Assembly (NCBI GenBank): GCA_028534125.1
Contig: CM052816.1
Location: forward strand, 52,764,001 to 52,828,000
Source of the DNA: Lama glama
Taxonomy: Eukaryota
DNA: 64,000 nucleotides
Direction of reading: 5' to 3'
Both the position numbers and the translations under genes were made by a program. Under the pieces are notes generated by a model. It had not been told where the DNA came from. It did no database searches and worked only from the letters and a program-made list of their open reading frames with translations. Below, piece by piece: positions 1 to 13,946 of this stretch. Position 1 is the first letter of the stretch; each line of letters begins with the position of its first letter.

Positions 1-890
1 AAGAATACATACATAAATTGAACAACAACAAAAGACAGACAAACAACACAATAGAAAAGTGGGCAAAAGGTCTGAACAGAAACTTAAAAAAAAGATGTCC
101 AAATGGCCCATAAATCGATAAATATATACAAAAGTGTTCAACTTCTATAACCATCAGGGAAATGCAAATTTAAACCACAATGTGGTATCACTATATACTC
201 AACAGAATGGTTAAAGAGAAATAGACAAATATTACCAAATGGTATCAAAGATATGAAACAACTGAAATGCTCACATAGTGCTGGTTGGAATGTAAACTGG
301 AACTTAACTTTGGGAACACTTTGTCAGTATCTACTGAAGCTGAACGTAGGCGAGCCACAGTCCAACAATTCTGTTCCTTGGTATTTACCAACAGAAACTG
401 TATACACATTCACTAAAAATAGGTACAAGAATGTTTATAGCAGTACCATTTGTAATAGCCCCAAACTGAAAACAATTCAAATGTCCACCAACAGCAGCAT
501 AAACAAATAAATTGCAGTATATTTATAAGTTATACTACCATAAAGCAAAGAGAATGAACAAATGATGCTACACACAACAGCACAGATAAATCTCACAAAT
601 ACAATGTTGAGCAGAAGAAGCCAGAAACAAACAAACAAAATACTGTGATTTCATTCTTACGAAGTTGCAAACCACACAAAAACCAATCTATGGTTACTTG
701 CAGACACTGGTTACCTAAGGAAGTGGGAGCAACTGGAAATCACTTATTGTAACGTTTTTTCTTGATATACAAATATTACATAGCTACCCATGTATTACTA
801 GCATACATATCTATATGTATATCAGCTTTGAAAAAGTTCATCATGCTGTAAACCTGTGGTGCATTTTTCTGAACGTATGTTAAACTCAAA
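1..890 (+). mobile_element. Old LINE-1 (L1M-type) fragment: ORF2 C-terminal part and 3' UTR
   Basis: Typical L1 motifs (atcagggaaatgcaaat-taaaccacaatg, gctggttggaatgtaaactgg, aatagccccaaactgaaaacaa...aaatgtcca), decayed. Ends approximate. Confidence 0.85.
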
Positions 891-894
891 AGAA

Positions 895-1150
895 AGACTA
901 GTGGCTTAAAGGCATAAAGGTTTATTTAACTCAGGCCTCAAAAAGTTTAGAGGTAGGCACTAGAGAGCTGGAATGTCGCCTCAACCATGTCGTTGAGGAT
1001 CCAGGTTCCCATCTCATGCTCCTTCATGCTTAGCATGTGAATTTCATCCTCAAGGCTGCAAGATGCCGGTGACACCTCTAGGCATTACATCTGCTATTGG
1101 GAAGGCAGAGGGCAAAAGGCCCAAAGCTAAAGAGCATACCAACCGGGTCT
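895..1150. mobile_element. MaLR LTR fragment (MLT1J/K-like)
   Basis: agtggcttaaa...gtttattt...agaggtaggca...caagatg...cacctctaggcattacatc resembles the recalled MLT1 consensus. Confidence 0.6.
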
Positions 1151-4100
1151 AGGTCTATGGTATCACAGATAGTGTTTATGTTAGTCATCATTTTCCATAG
1201 TTTCCAAAGTTCCACAGTGATATGTATTAAGGTTATTTTTAAAAAAGCTCTGTTCACTGAATGGGAATAAAGCAAAATCATTTTCTGATTTTGAACTTCA
1301 AGCCCCACAGAGGTAACTCACAAGGTTTCCCATTGGGCTGAATAATTGGAGATGTATGTCTATGCCTATAGGGGCAAAAAAGTAGCCCTGAACTTATTCT
1401 CGGGAGGGTGCAGAACAATGCACTGCTCCCTGATTCGCACGTTATACGGTGCCTGTAAAGACCTTGAGTGGGGGCCCATAAATGCTATTCTTTGGGAGCA
1501 GAGGTGTTTTTGACCTGAAATGACTTGGGGAAAATGGCAGCGTCCCACACAGCCAGGGTTTGGTGTGTAGGTGTCTGCCGCTGCTGTTCAACACTCAGAT
1601 GCATATTTTATCCATTTTCTGGAGCTCTGCAGGGGAGAACTTAGCTCAGAATAATTAAGGAGAAATGCAAATCAAGAAATAAGCTTGGTTATAGTTTAAT
1701 TCACTGAAAGAAGACAAAGTAAAAAGCAGTATAAATTATATTTCAACAGAGTTGATTTCCTGAAAAATACCATTGATCAACATTTTTTCTTAGGAAAATG
1801 ACCTCTGAAATGCTTGTGTTTTGAACGAGTCAAATTTATTCACCTTATCTGAGTGATCACTCTTGACCTTGAGGCTTCAACCCTTCACTCACCTCTAGTC
1901 ACTGAGAAAACCTGGTGACCAGCAAACAAGCTCCATGTGGAGCTTCTGCTTCAAGGACCCAAATATTATCCTCCCCCTGACTTATAATCCAAACACCATT
2001 TGGAGAGAGCTCTCAAATTTCCCAGTGGAGAGAAGTGGGAAGTTGACACATAGTTCGGAATGGTGAGAAAAGAATAAAAAATCTCTATGATTTTCAGACT
2101 TGACTTTCAATAATATTTATTTACTGCTCAATTTGTATGAAGACCTAAGCTAAAACCTGGGGTATACAGAGAAAATCTTTCCCACCACAGGAGCCCTCCA
2201 CAGCCGTGCCCTACAGTCACCCCAACAGCCACTCCTTCCCCTACCCACTACACCCCCTATACTGACCTTTGAGTCCCTCTCAGGCATCAGACTGTTTCTC
2301 ACCTCCTCACCTTTACTCTATGTCAGGAATACTCTTCTCTTCCCTCCTCCTGCCTCCATAACCCACTCCCCTCCATCTGGCCAACTTCCACTCAGCCATC
2401 AGGTCTCAGTGCAGACATTTCTTCTAAGAAAGGTCACTTAAGTCCTCCCAAGTTACCCTGCCTATGTTTTCATTTAGAACTTCCTTCCACTGCAGAAACT
2501 TAAAGGGCACAAGGAGACAAAAATAAAATGTCTTTTATAACTATATCTCAGGAGTCTTGCTTATTCAACATGCTAGTGACATAAAACTAACATGATTTGG
2601 TCACAGCGAACAGACATGTCCTCCCCCTGGTCCATAACCTCACGATTCTTCTGCCTATATGCTGATCAGATACTTGTGCTCCCATCTGGGCTTCCCTGAA
2701 GGGAAGGATTGCACCTTACTTATCTTGGTTCCTAGCAGGAATCAGTAAGGTATCTCGACATAGTAGATGTTTAAAAAATATATTTTAATTGAATATAGTT
2801 AAATATGTTATATTGAATTGACTCTAAACAAAACTGGGCACCAAGCTTACTCCATGAGGGAGTTTCTATTCAGTCTTCCCAACTGGGTTTATAAAAACTG
2901 GTTCAAGGTCACAGTAAATGTGGAAACAGTATACACTTTCCCATGACAAATTCAAGAAAAACTCTAGGCCAAATAGTGAAGCTGGTGCCTTTAAAACCAA
3001 AGCATTTTTATAGACATGAAAACTTGGAAGTCAATTGAATATCTATCAATAATGGACTGGTTGCATAACCTAAGACTCATCCTTCCAGTGGACTACAGTT
3101 AGGCATCAAAGTAGTGACACAAATCAGTTTGTTAATGTGAGAAGATGTTCATGACATAGCTATAAGTAACAAAAGCGGATTATGTAATAGTGGTTTTATT
3201 TACATTGTTTTAAAGAGAGAGAGAGTGTGTGTGTGTATATATATATTCAAAAAAAAAAAAGAGAAGAGCCTGGGAGGAACACATACCAGATGTTAACATT
3301 GCTTTCCTCTAAGTGGTGAAATTAAGGATAATTTATCTTTTGTTCTAAGTAACTTTCCTGACTGCTTGCAATAAGTAAAACAGGAAAATATTAAACTTTC
3401 AGTGGAGATACAATGGCCATGGGAAATACAACTGCATGCCAAGGTGTGTGTGAGGACACTGTGCTATTCTGAGTGGTTCGCCAGGCTCTTTGGTTGTAAG
3501 AAGGTCCTGCATTATAGCTGAATTAATAACAGCTAAAGTTTTTGCTGTTGTTATATGGCAGGCACTCTGCTAAGAATTTTACATACATTAATTCTTTCAT
3601 TTACATGTCACAACAACGCTTCCCTGCTTTATTTTTCTTTATGGAACTCATCACCTTCTGATACTAAACAATTCACTTATTTTACCTCCTTTATTGTATG
3701 CTATTCCTCTCGCTAGAATGTGAACTTCTTGAGGGCAGGGCTATTTGTTTTGATCAGCACTGGATCCCTAGAATGTATGACAATGCCTGGCATCTTAGTT
3801 ATCACTTGAATGGATGAATGAACAACCTTGTGCTGTAACAGCTGGTACTATTTCTGTGTTACACTGAAGACTCTAAAAGAAGCTACACAATTTGCCCAAA
3901 GTCACACAGCTATGAAGGAGCAGAGTCATTGCTCTCTCAATCCAGATTCACCTGATAACCTGTGTTCTGATCACTCTCATCATTTACAACAAATCCTTGA
4001 ATGAAAGTGTCCTCCCCTCCTACTACATGCAGTCAATCCATGGGAGAGACAGAGATGTCACATAACAAGTTCCAAGTAGGGTTTACTTCCGACTATTAAA

Positions 4101-4869
4101 TAAGTAAGATCGTCACATAATAGATGATGTTCTATGATCTGTGATGGTCATCATAACAGGTATGATTTCTTTTCAGATCAAAAGCAGTTGGAACAGGGCC
4201 TAGAAATCTAATCAAGCATTCACTAAATAAAGAAGAAAAAAAAACGTAGAACCTAGAAAATGGACTTAAGGCATATTTTCCTTTTTTTTAAATTGTGAGT
4301 GTAAGCATTTGGACTGAACAGATAAAACCCCCAAAGGACAAGGATTTTCTCAGGGAAAAATTCTCACCCTGATGCAGGGAGAAAGTATAGCAAACCCAAA
4401 TATTTGGGCCCAAGGCTGGTCATAGCAGTTTCATATACAGGCCATTAAGATCTACACATAACTTTCCTTGATCACCAAACAATCTTTTGACTGTCACTGG
4501 GCTCCCCATGTGAAAATATGGCAGTTCACCTGAGCACGTGGGATTTGTGAGGTGAACAGACGCCGTAGTGTGTGCAGCTTAACCCTGACCTTGGTGGGTG
4601 CCCACAGGTCTTGGGGTGCAGGGGCCGAGAAAGAGAATCCTCTGACTGGCAGATATGTGCTCTCCAACCTCTTTGGCAATTTGATTTCTCACTATAGATT
4701 CAGCAATTAGCATTCTAAGTTATTAATGAGTCTTTTGTGGGCTTGATTAATGTAGGTGAGTCCCTGTGGACCTGATAACCTTTGAGAGCTCTTACGAATC
4801 CAGTCTCTAGATCTTCATTGGGAAAACCAGCCCTGAATCATAATGACAATTCTAACCTCCTTCCCCCAT

Positions 4870-4988
4870 ATACACACATGCCCACACATGCATACACTCA
4901 CATGCCGCATACACACAGTCACACATGTGAAATACACACAACACACAGATGCACACACAAACACTCACACACACACATATATACACAC
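4870..4988. repeat. Degenerate (CA)n microsatellite
   Basis: cacacatgcccacacatgcatacactcacatg...cacacacacatatatacacac. Confidence 0.85.
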
Positions 4989-5509
4989 CTATGAGGTCTC
5001 GTTCCGCCAGGCAGCCTCCCTGAATAACATCATCATCTCATCTTCCCTGTAACTGCAATATCACACAGCTGGAAAGATATGAAACATTTCTTTCACATGC
5101 GCTTATATTTCTCCGTCTTCAGTGGTTGCCAACTTTCCAGCGAGGGTAAGATCAGTTCAACACAAAAGTCCACCCAGGTACAGCAGCAGATCCCCCTTGA
5201 GGTTCTGTCCAAGGCTGGTCCTAAAGGCAACCAGTCACAGGCCGGCTCTCCTGGAAGCAGGAAGCGAACAGAGCCCCAGGGCTCTGGGATGGAGCTGGGA
5301 GGGAGAAAACATCTTTTCTTCTTTCCCACCTACACCAGGCCCCTTCTTCGCGGGAGCCGAGAGCTGGCAAAGGTCAGCCCAGGCGGCTTTTATAAAACAT
5401 CGTATTTAATACTGAAAAACGTAATACCCAAACATGTGAAAGGGCAATTCTTTGAGACTGCAATTGCATTAATTCTCATGACTGTTACTTCTTGTTAACT
5501 CACCCAGAA

Positions 5510-6030
5510 TATAGCCTAAAATCCTTACTTGGCCTTTAGCACCATTATGAACTGGCCCCCAGTTACTATCTGTCTGCATCCATGACATTCTCTCCTTCCT
5601 GCTTGTTCTACTCCAGCCCTCGGCCTCCCCACTGTCGTCCTCCACACCCCCGTGCTGCTGCCTCAGGACCTCTACACTTGCTGCTGCTGCTTCTGGAGGG
5701 AACACTGTTCCTCCGCAGACATCCACATGTCCTGTTCCCTCATTTCATTTAGGTCTTTATTCAGATATCATCTTACCAGAGACACTTTCCCCTAGTTCCT
5801 ACCTCTTGCTCCTCTTCATTCTCTTATCTAGATTTATTAACTTTTTCCTGGTTCTTATTCCCCACTGGCATACTATGTATGTGTTTATTGCCTATCTTCC
5901 TCCACTAGAATATCCGCTCCTTGTAAGCAGGGCTTTTGTCTGATTTGAGGACTGCCATTTCCCCAGGGCCTAGAATAGTGCTCGGTCCAGAGTAAGACCT
6001 CACTAAATGAGTGTTGAATGAATGAATTGT
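5510..6030 (+). mobile_element. LINE-2 3' end
   Basis: Ends in cctagaatagtgctcgg...ctcactaaatgagtgttgaatgaatgaat, the L2 terminal (TGAA)n motif. Confidence 0.75.
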
Positions 6031-9000
6031 GTGTTTCCTTCCCCATTTTCCTAATCATTTCACCCACTGTCTCTGAAGTTGCAAAATCCTCAAATAACAT
6101 GTTGACTCTAGAAGGGTGTCATTCTCCCTGAAGTGCCTCGCATGCAGGAGAGTCCCCTGCTGAGGCAGGGCAGCTCAACATGAAGCCTGGGAGCTTGGGT
6201 CTAGTTGAGAAACAATTTTCCTTCATTAGTTAGTTGTACAGAAGTGCGCAAAAGGGAAGATGTTAAGGGGATTCTAAAACCATTCTAAGGGGTAACGGCC
6301 AGTCATCTTTGGAAGAGAAATGTTCTTCGGTTTAGGGAATTGCTTTTAACAGGCCTTTTAGGTCTACAAAGAAAGGCCTAAAGTCTGGGCAGGGCAGAAG
6401 AGGCTGAGATAGGAGGGCATAATTTTGCTCTCATTCTATTATAAAAGATGTCTATATTGGTAAGAGAGGTGTTTGTATTTTGATGTTTTCTAGTTCTGCT
6501 GGCTGATTGGACAAACAAAGACTGAGCAGAAGTTAGAAACTTCTATCTTTTTCTAAAGAGTAAAGTAGAATGGCAGGGTTAGTCTGTTCAGCATGTCTGG
6601 ACGACAGGGCTGAAGAAGAAATCAGAAGGGGCTCCTGGCAAATGGGATGCTTCACATTCAGTTTTATTTTTGCCTCATGATCTATGAAGAAATTTCCCTC
6701 ATTAACCCCAAGTCTTCAACAAAAATCTGTGTTAACTGCTACCAGTGTCAGCCTTGTGTTAGCACTGCCTTAAGGAATCAATGAAGACTCTGTCAATGTT
6801 TTCAGACAGTTAAGGTCAAATGGGGCTGGGGAAGCATGAAGAAGCAGTGGTGAGGTGGCTAGAGGTGGAGGAGAATTTGGAAGCAGGAGGGCAGAGATGT
6901 CAACCAAGAGCATGTAATCATTTAGAGAAATTCTTAGAAATTTGGCATAGGAATCAAAATTTCTTGCCATCAGTAGTACATCAGTATTTGGATAGTAAAG
7001 GAAAGGAGACTCAGAAAGAATGGAAGACTTAGGGACTTTGGGGGTCCCTGAAGTGAATTCTGCATCACAGAATTCAGACTTGAACCTCAGTGGTTATCTA
7101 CTTTTAAAACTTTATTTAACCATAGAAAACTTTTCATCAAATAAATTATTATATGGAACCCAATGTATCAAACAATCAAAACTGAGCTGATGTGAGGGAA
7201 GGGATAGGGGTTTGAATTTATGCCCACTGGCTTTCCCATTGGATCTCATGTTGGCCCTCAGGCTCCTCTATGAAACCCCAGTACCCGAGGAGCACAGTTT
7301 AGAAACCAGTGGTCTGGACTCAAAGCAAGAAAATGCTCTTTAATATTCCAGATGGTTGACCCTTCAGCTTGACTGTGAAAGCTTATTACCTGCTAAGCAG
7401 CATGTCTCTCAGTCAACTGTCACTGTGGAGTGTTCTCCTTTCTCTTGAACCCAAATCCTCAACCCCCGGACTTACACTCACCAGTCCTGGTGTAAAAATC
7501 AAAATAAGCCCAATTCTTCCCATAGAAAAGCCTTTCAAATCTTTGAAGACCTCTTATATCCTTCTGTAACTTGTCTTTGTTCCAAGTTAAACATTCTCAA
7601 CCCTCCAGCTATTCTCAAGCTGTTCTTACAGTTCATATACTATTTGGACGTCTAAAATTACTGATATCAATCAGAAAAAAACAGACTCAGCACAGACAGA
7701 GAGTTCAGTTAAGACCAAAACAGGGACACATAAAAAAGGGGCACAATCACACACACTCTGAGGGCAGTAAAGGAAAATGAGAGACGCTGATCTTCTGCTC
7801 TGAAAACAGTACAAATGATGTGCTCCTCCCGAGCACTGTGAAGTGGGCTGGAATCAGGTCTAACTTCATTCAGCTCAGGGATGTGCCTTGGATCATTCCC
7901 CACCCAATCAGGGACATAGGGACACAGGGGGATCGCTATCGGCGGTAGAGATACTCAGCTCTTATTATTATTACTTTTGAAACATCCCTCAGCAGCTGGG
8001 CTCTGCGATTCAGGACAGTAAGTGCCTAGCATGGGTTCAGTCCCACTAGTCTTAATTGACCACATGTGTATCCACACAGCTATCAATCCTTGCCTTAAGC
8101 CATGGAACCCATTACCTAAAAATAAGTGACATTCTGTAACCATGGATCAATCAGTTGTGCTGGAGCAGGATGTATGTCCATCAGCATCATTTAGTGATAA
8201 TCATTGGATTTACCTTAGGCACTTGTTTGGTGGAGCCTGTAAGGGGCAGGGAGGTGAGTTTCAATCCTTAGGGCTAGTTGCATAGCTAGAAAGTACCTAT
8301 GTGACAAGCTCAGTATGGGAGCCTCCCACCACCACGCTCCCTGAAATAAACCTTGGGCTTCCTGGTACCAAGGTGCTTCACACACACACTGAGGCCTGGA
8401 GACATGTGCATGTTGTGCAGCCCAACAGTGGGAAGACCAGGAAGCCTGCACTTGACACAGTAGGATCTTTTCAATGCCCATCCTTCCTTTGTGTGACTGT
8501 ACCGTATCTTTGCCTGTGGTAAACCTCTTATGGGAGTAGAAACTGTTTGAGTCCTTTGAGTTCCTTCAGCAACTGAACAGTTGAGATGACTAATGGGTAA
8601 TTCATGCAGCAAGGGTGAGAAGGGGCTTAAGACACAAGCCATTCTGAGGGCTGAAGGATGCTTCTGATGGGAGAGTGTTGGCGTTTGGTGCTTAAAGCAC
8701 ATAGTGGGTGCAGTGAAGTACAATACTTAGTCCAGTGTTAGGTAAGCACTTCCAGAAAAACAATGGGAACATGTTTTGGTTTGCTCCATTGGAAAGATAT
8801 TGCTAACTTTGACAAAGAATATATCCATCCAGAGTTGCTAGGTATGCATGCAGACAAACAAAGACTACAGTGCTAATCCTCATTGTTAAAAAATGTTTTC
8901 CCACACACTCCTTCACTTTAGCCCCACACCTCTTAGAAGCAACATTGTAGTTTCATGTAGGTGGTTTCATGTCTTTTCTCCACAAATGGAATATTATAGA

Positions 9001-9299
9001 TGCTTCTGAATCCTAAATAAGGTCATTGGTATCAAAGAAAGAATCAAAGGACCCCATGTCTGCCAGGAGGATGATGGCACCGACCACAAAACAGAGGCTG
9101 GGGAGGAAGTCAGTTCGGGAGGGGAGAGAACGTCTAGGTGAGAGTGAATGCATGTGTGCCAATGTGTATATTCCTACGTGGATGTGTGGTGTGTGGGAGT
9201 GTATACACATACGTAATTTCCACACACCACATGTATGTAGGAAAAAAAAGCCTGCAATAAACAAATGAAACAAAATGTAATTCTTTTATTGTCTTAGCT

Positions 9300-9480
9300 C
9301 AGAATCTGAGCTGTATCTAAATCCATGCTCTGCCACCTGCCGGCTGTGACTACGAACAAGTTGTTTAATTGCTCTGAGACTGGTTTCCTCATCTATAAAA
9401 TGGCAGTTTTTATCACGCAAGGTTCTGATGGGGATTAAAAGAGACAACATATGGGCTATATATGTTATTAATCTAATAAA
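9300..9480 (+). mobile_element. MIR SINE
   Basis: MIR core: gctctgccac...caagttgtttaa...gtttcctcatctataaaatgg...ggattaaa. Confidence 0.75.
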
Positions 9481-10069
9481 CACTGTCGACAGATTTCCAG
9501 AGGAGTAATTTTGACCAAAAAATCTGCTGACTTTCTTTGCTGTCTCTGAGGATCTGTGTTGTGTGAAGAGGAAGGACAAGAAGGGAAAATGGGACTCAGA
9601 GAAGAAGGGCCAAGGAGGAAAGAACTCCAACGATGTGGGGAAAGAGCATTTACTTCGCTCTGCTTGTCTGCACTGGAATCACCCCCCAGGAACCAACCAG
9701 GAACTCTCCGATCAGTCAGTAGACAATGGCAGCTAAAATGTGGGTCTCCTGACCAGACAGCCCTACCTTCCTCCATCCACTCGCTACAGAGTCGTGACAA
9801 GACAGGAGGGCCACTTACCAGGGATGCGGTGGAGCACTGTCACAGAGGGCCTCTGGAGTCCCTTGTCAGGATGTCTTATAAGCTATCAAATGCTGTGCCA
9901 TTTCATGTGCTTATAATTTAATCTGATGCTTACAATTATGCTGAGAAAAAGGCGGCACTAAAGCATCTGAGTTGCCCAGAGTGATGACCTAGATGGGCTG
10001 GCAGGACTTGAACCTAGTTCTTTCCGTTACTGTGGCTTTCTCCTCAATTCCAGAGCTGCTTCCAACTTG

Positions 10070-10558
10070 ATGGTAGACACTGCTGCCACCCTCTGCCATT
10101 TGCCCCCAGCTCACCTGAGACCAGCAGCTGCATTAGACGGTTGTCAGCCCACTGTCAACTCTGGATCAGGCACCTCGGTTTCTTGTGTTCTTTGAAGGTT
10201 TTCTTGTGACCACAGGAGCTTGCAAGGAACACAACCTGGAAAGGTGGCAGAAGGGCATTTAATGTCCCCTGGGGTCCCCTGTGCGATGCCCAACCAACTA
10301 GGTTTGGACAGGAGCACTTAACTGTCAGCATCTGGCGTGTTCTGCATGGTTTCCAGGGGTGCTCCCAGCACGAGCGAGCCCCGGGGGTTCACAGTGTAAT
10401 AACCCACCCATAAAACATGCCCCTTATCAGCTCTTGCCCCTGACAGTCTCACCTTCCCCACTTTCTCATGTGTGCTTCCTGGAATCACCCCTGGTATCAA
10501 CAACCAGCACTAAACCTTTATGTCGAGGTCTAGTCCTGGAGGAACCCAAACTGAGACA
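10070..10558 (+). mobile_element. ERVL solo LTR (LTR16-like)
   Basis: 3' end gtgcttcctggaatcacc...ggaacccaaactgagaca resembles recalled LTR16. 5' boundary uncertain. Confidence 0.6.
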
Positions 10559-11080
10559 AATTCTGAAATTCCTGTGCTTGCTGCTACTGTTGTTGTTTTT
10601 AACTATACTACGTTCCCACCCAAGAAAGTAATAATGATCAGCCTGGGTTGCTGATCAGTCAGAATCTGATAACACTTTTAAGGCTTTTACAAAAAATAAA
10701 GCTAATGTTTCCCACGAAGCAGCAAGTTATTCCCCCTCTTTCACTAAGTATCCTTCTTGCCAGCAGCTGCTCTAATTTCAAAGCAGGGTGGTGATGACTT
10801 TGAAGCGGCTCCGTTAACACAGTTACAGATCCTGGGTTTTCTAGCTGTTAAACAATGGACTTTTTAGGATCCATCCCAAAAGTAGGACATTATTTCTCGA
10901 TACAAGAAAACAACTGAATTCGTAACGTTAAAAAAAACCCTATAAATACAACCAAAAGATTTATATTATAGAGAACGAGAGCAATCCTCCCCACATGCTT
11001 TCTAGATTTATCAACTTTGCACACATATTTTAGGAAGATTTTGAGACATTTCAGTATAATATCTAAAAATGACCAACCAT

Positions 11081-11086
11081 TTTATT
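11081..11086 (-). terminator. Possible distal polyadenylation signal (AATAAA)
   Basis: Second minus-strand AATAAA, 235 nt past the first; downstream element is less clear. Confidence 0.4.
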
Positions 11087-11315
11087 TTTAGCAAAAAGAG
11101 ATTCTCAGCTTCTGGTAGTTGTCTGTAACTATAGGCTGAAAACGTTCAGATTCTAAAACATGTATGTGTAAAATTCTCACAAGAAAATGAGCAGCAGCAC
11201 AACCCATGCAGCATGACAGCCATTTATCTGCAGTTTGTCCCGTCCAGAAATGCCGCACACATAAGACACATGTAATAAGTTCACATAACATGTTTCGTTT
11301 TAGAGACTCTAACCG

Positions 11316-11321
11316 TTTATT
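11316..11321 (-). terminator. Probable main polyadenylation signal (AATAAA) of CMYA5
   Basis: About 590 nt after the stop, followed by a CA near 11290 and a GU-rich tract (TGTTATGTG...TGTGTCTTATGTGTG) on the minus strand. Confidence 0.75.
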
Positions 11322-11909
11322 TAACAAAATGGACATTTCTAATACCTAGCACTTTTCTACATTTAATATTTCAGGGAAAAGAGACTCGAGTTCTACAGTA
11401 TATATGATTACAAAAGAGTTCATTATCAACTTAGAATGCTTAAAACACTTCCTCTGCTGATTAGGATTCAGCATCCTTTAGTGAAATGAGGTGACATTTT
11501 TCTGGTGGAAAAATTCTGTGTTTCTTGTCAGAGGAGATGTATTAATAGCACAGCCTTCCCTTCACTCAGACCTGTCCATCAGAGGATTTCTTTTACCAAA
11601 GAAACAGGTGGAAATCCATTTCTCTAGTTTGGTTCCCAAATCAGGTATAGATCCTTTCGACTTAGGGAAGAACTCAAACACACATAAACTGAAGGCAGGA
11701 GGTTGTTTTTTCCCATCCTCTTTACTCACACGCCGTTCTAGACAGTCAACGTTTTCTTGGTTTTGTTCATGTGCTGATCACTGTGCGTGGAGCTGTCACT
11801 AGTGCAACTGTGCAGAGGATGTTTTGAATAGCGTCTAGCACCCACGGAAAAGAACAACAGAGCCCCCCAAATCTGAATTATTGCTCTTGCAACCTTTGAA
11901 AGCCAATGA

Positions 11910-12221
<312 letters not shown>

Positions 12222-13765
12222 TTACTCACTTCAATTCACAATAATGAGTTGCAATAACGTTGTCCCAAATACTTTACCCAGATCCCTTCTAGATACTAAA
12301 ATGCGTAGTTCTTGCCAACAGACGAGCATTTTTAATAATTTTGCTCCTTCTACATCAGGAGGCAGTCCCAGAATAACCAACATATGCCTCCCTTGTGATT
12401 TTTCTCAACGTTTTAATTCTTTCCCAGCTGCCCACATGTTTTAACTACCGCATTCATGGTGTGTCATTCTTTTGAATAAAACTCCTTTGAGGCTGCCATG
12501 TACTTTAAAAAGTACCGCAGGCTTGCCTTCCATAAAATGTATTAATTTTACAGTTTAAAGAATTTGTAAATAACTTACATAAGGGCCTTTATGAAGTTTA
12601 AGAAGTATTTCAGTATTTTTGCCCAACTTCATCCTTTCTATAGACTCCCCCTGCCCCAGACCAACTTTCCTTTTCATCTTCTCAATGTCTTCTGCAGCCT
12701 TGTGCCAAGGAGGGCTGCCTTTGATTTCTTTCTTCAGTTCAAATAAAATCAATTCAACAAGTATTCATTGGGCATATCTGTGTGCTCAGCTCTTTGCTGG
12801 GCCCTCTGGGAGATACGAGGGACCCTAGCATACTGTCCTTGCCCCCAGGGAACCCCTACTCCGCTGAGCAGAAAGGAAAAAATTGCTGATGACTTAAATA
12901 TGGGCTAGGGCTGAGACTCCAGGTCAGGGCATGGATTAGTAAAGTGTTTACTAAACAGATTTAATGGACTGGTTTGGTTGTGAAAGGAAAGGGTCATGGC
13001 CAGGCTGGGAAGGAGAAATTGCTGAACAGAAGAAGCTAAATTGCTCTATGCAAAAAAGTGACACAAATTGGGAGTTTTCTCCTGGTAATCTTAGAAACAG
13101 AGGGTGGGGCCCTGAAAGCATAGGAAGAGAAGAAATGAGATGAGGGACAGGTCTGGGGACATGATAGGTCTGAGGGTGGGAGTGACACTGGGCAGACTAG
13201 GGCTGGAGAATCTGGGTGACTCTGGTGTGACAGAAAAAGACCAGGACCTTGAAGACCTGTGATGTCTGTCTTAAAGGCCCAGAAGCTTGAGTGAAGGTAT
13301 ATTTAAGGAATGGCAAGTTGACAACTTCCTTGCAGAATGAAGCGCATGTGAAAGGGCTGAGGTTCATGGGGGTGGAAGGTAACCAGACTTCCACAGTGAT
13401 ACAGGACCTTTTCAGTGCCTTGCTGATGTGAAATATGGCAGAACACTATGAAGTTTTAGAACCTTAAAGCACACAGAGGCTGCAGGTGGCAATGATGGGG
13501 AGCAGCAGTGTGGGCTGGGGCTCTTACAGAAGGACTGGGAAGCAGATGGGCTCACACTCAGCCAAAGAAGAATGGTCAGGACTGGACAGCTGGAAAAAAG
13601 GAATAAGGTGGTCCAAGCCGTGGGGGTAGCAGAAGCAATGATGAGGTGGCAGAATGAACATGTATGTCATAGAGAACATCACCATCTGCTTGATGGGTTA
13701 GGAGGGGATGTGTGAATGGCTCTGAGGATGTTACAAGGATAAGTGACTCAGGGGCCAGGCCCTAG

Positions 13766-13946
13766 ACCTGCCCTGTCCAACACAGTAGCCACTAGCCATA
13801 TGTAACCACTTAAACTAAAATTTATTAAAATTAAATAAAATTCAAAATTCAGTTCATCTGTCCTATTAATCGCATTTCAAGTGCTCAATAGCCACAGATG
13901 ACACCATTTTTCTATTTTCCCAGAATGTGTAATTGCACAGCACTGG
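13766..13946. mobile_element. hAT-Charlie MITE (MER3-like)
   Basis: ctgtccaacacagtagccactagccatatgt...aaattcagttc...catttcaagtgctcaatagccaca...acagcactg, flanked by ctaga on both sides. Confidence 0.75.

Noticed and set aside
1150..11000. A second gene downstream of CMYA5 (short ORFs such as 5079..5498, 8310..8723, 9556..9921)
   Set aside because: No recognisable domains or consistent exon chain, and the region contains many repeats. A lncRNA cannot be excluded from sequence alone.
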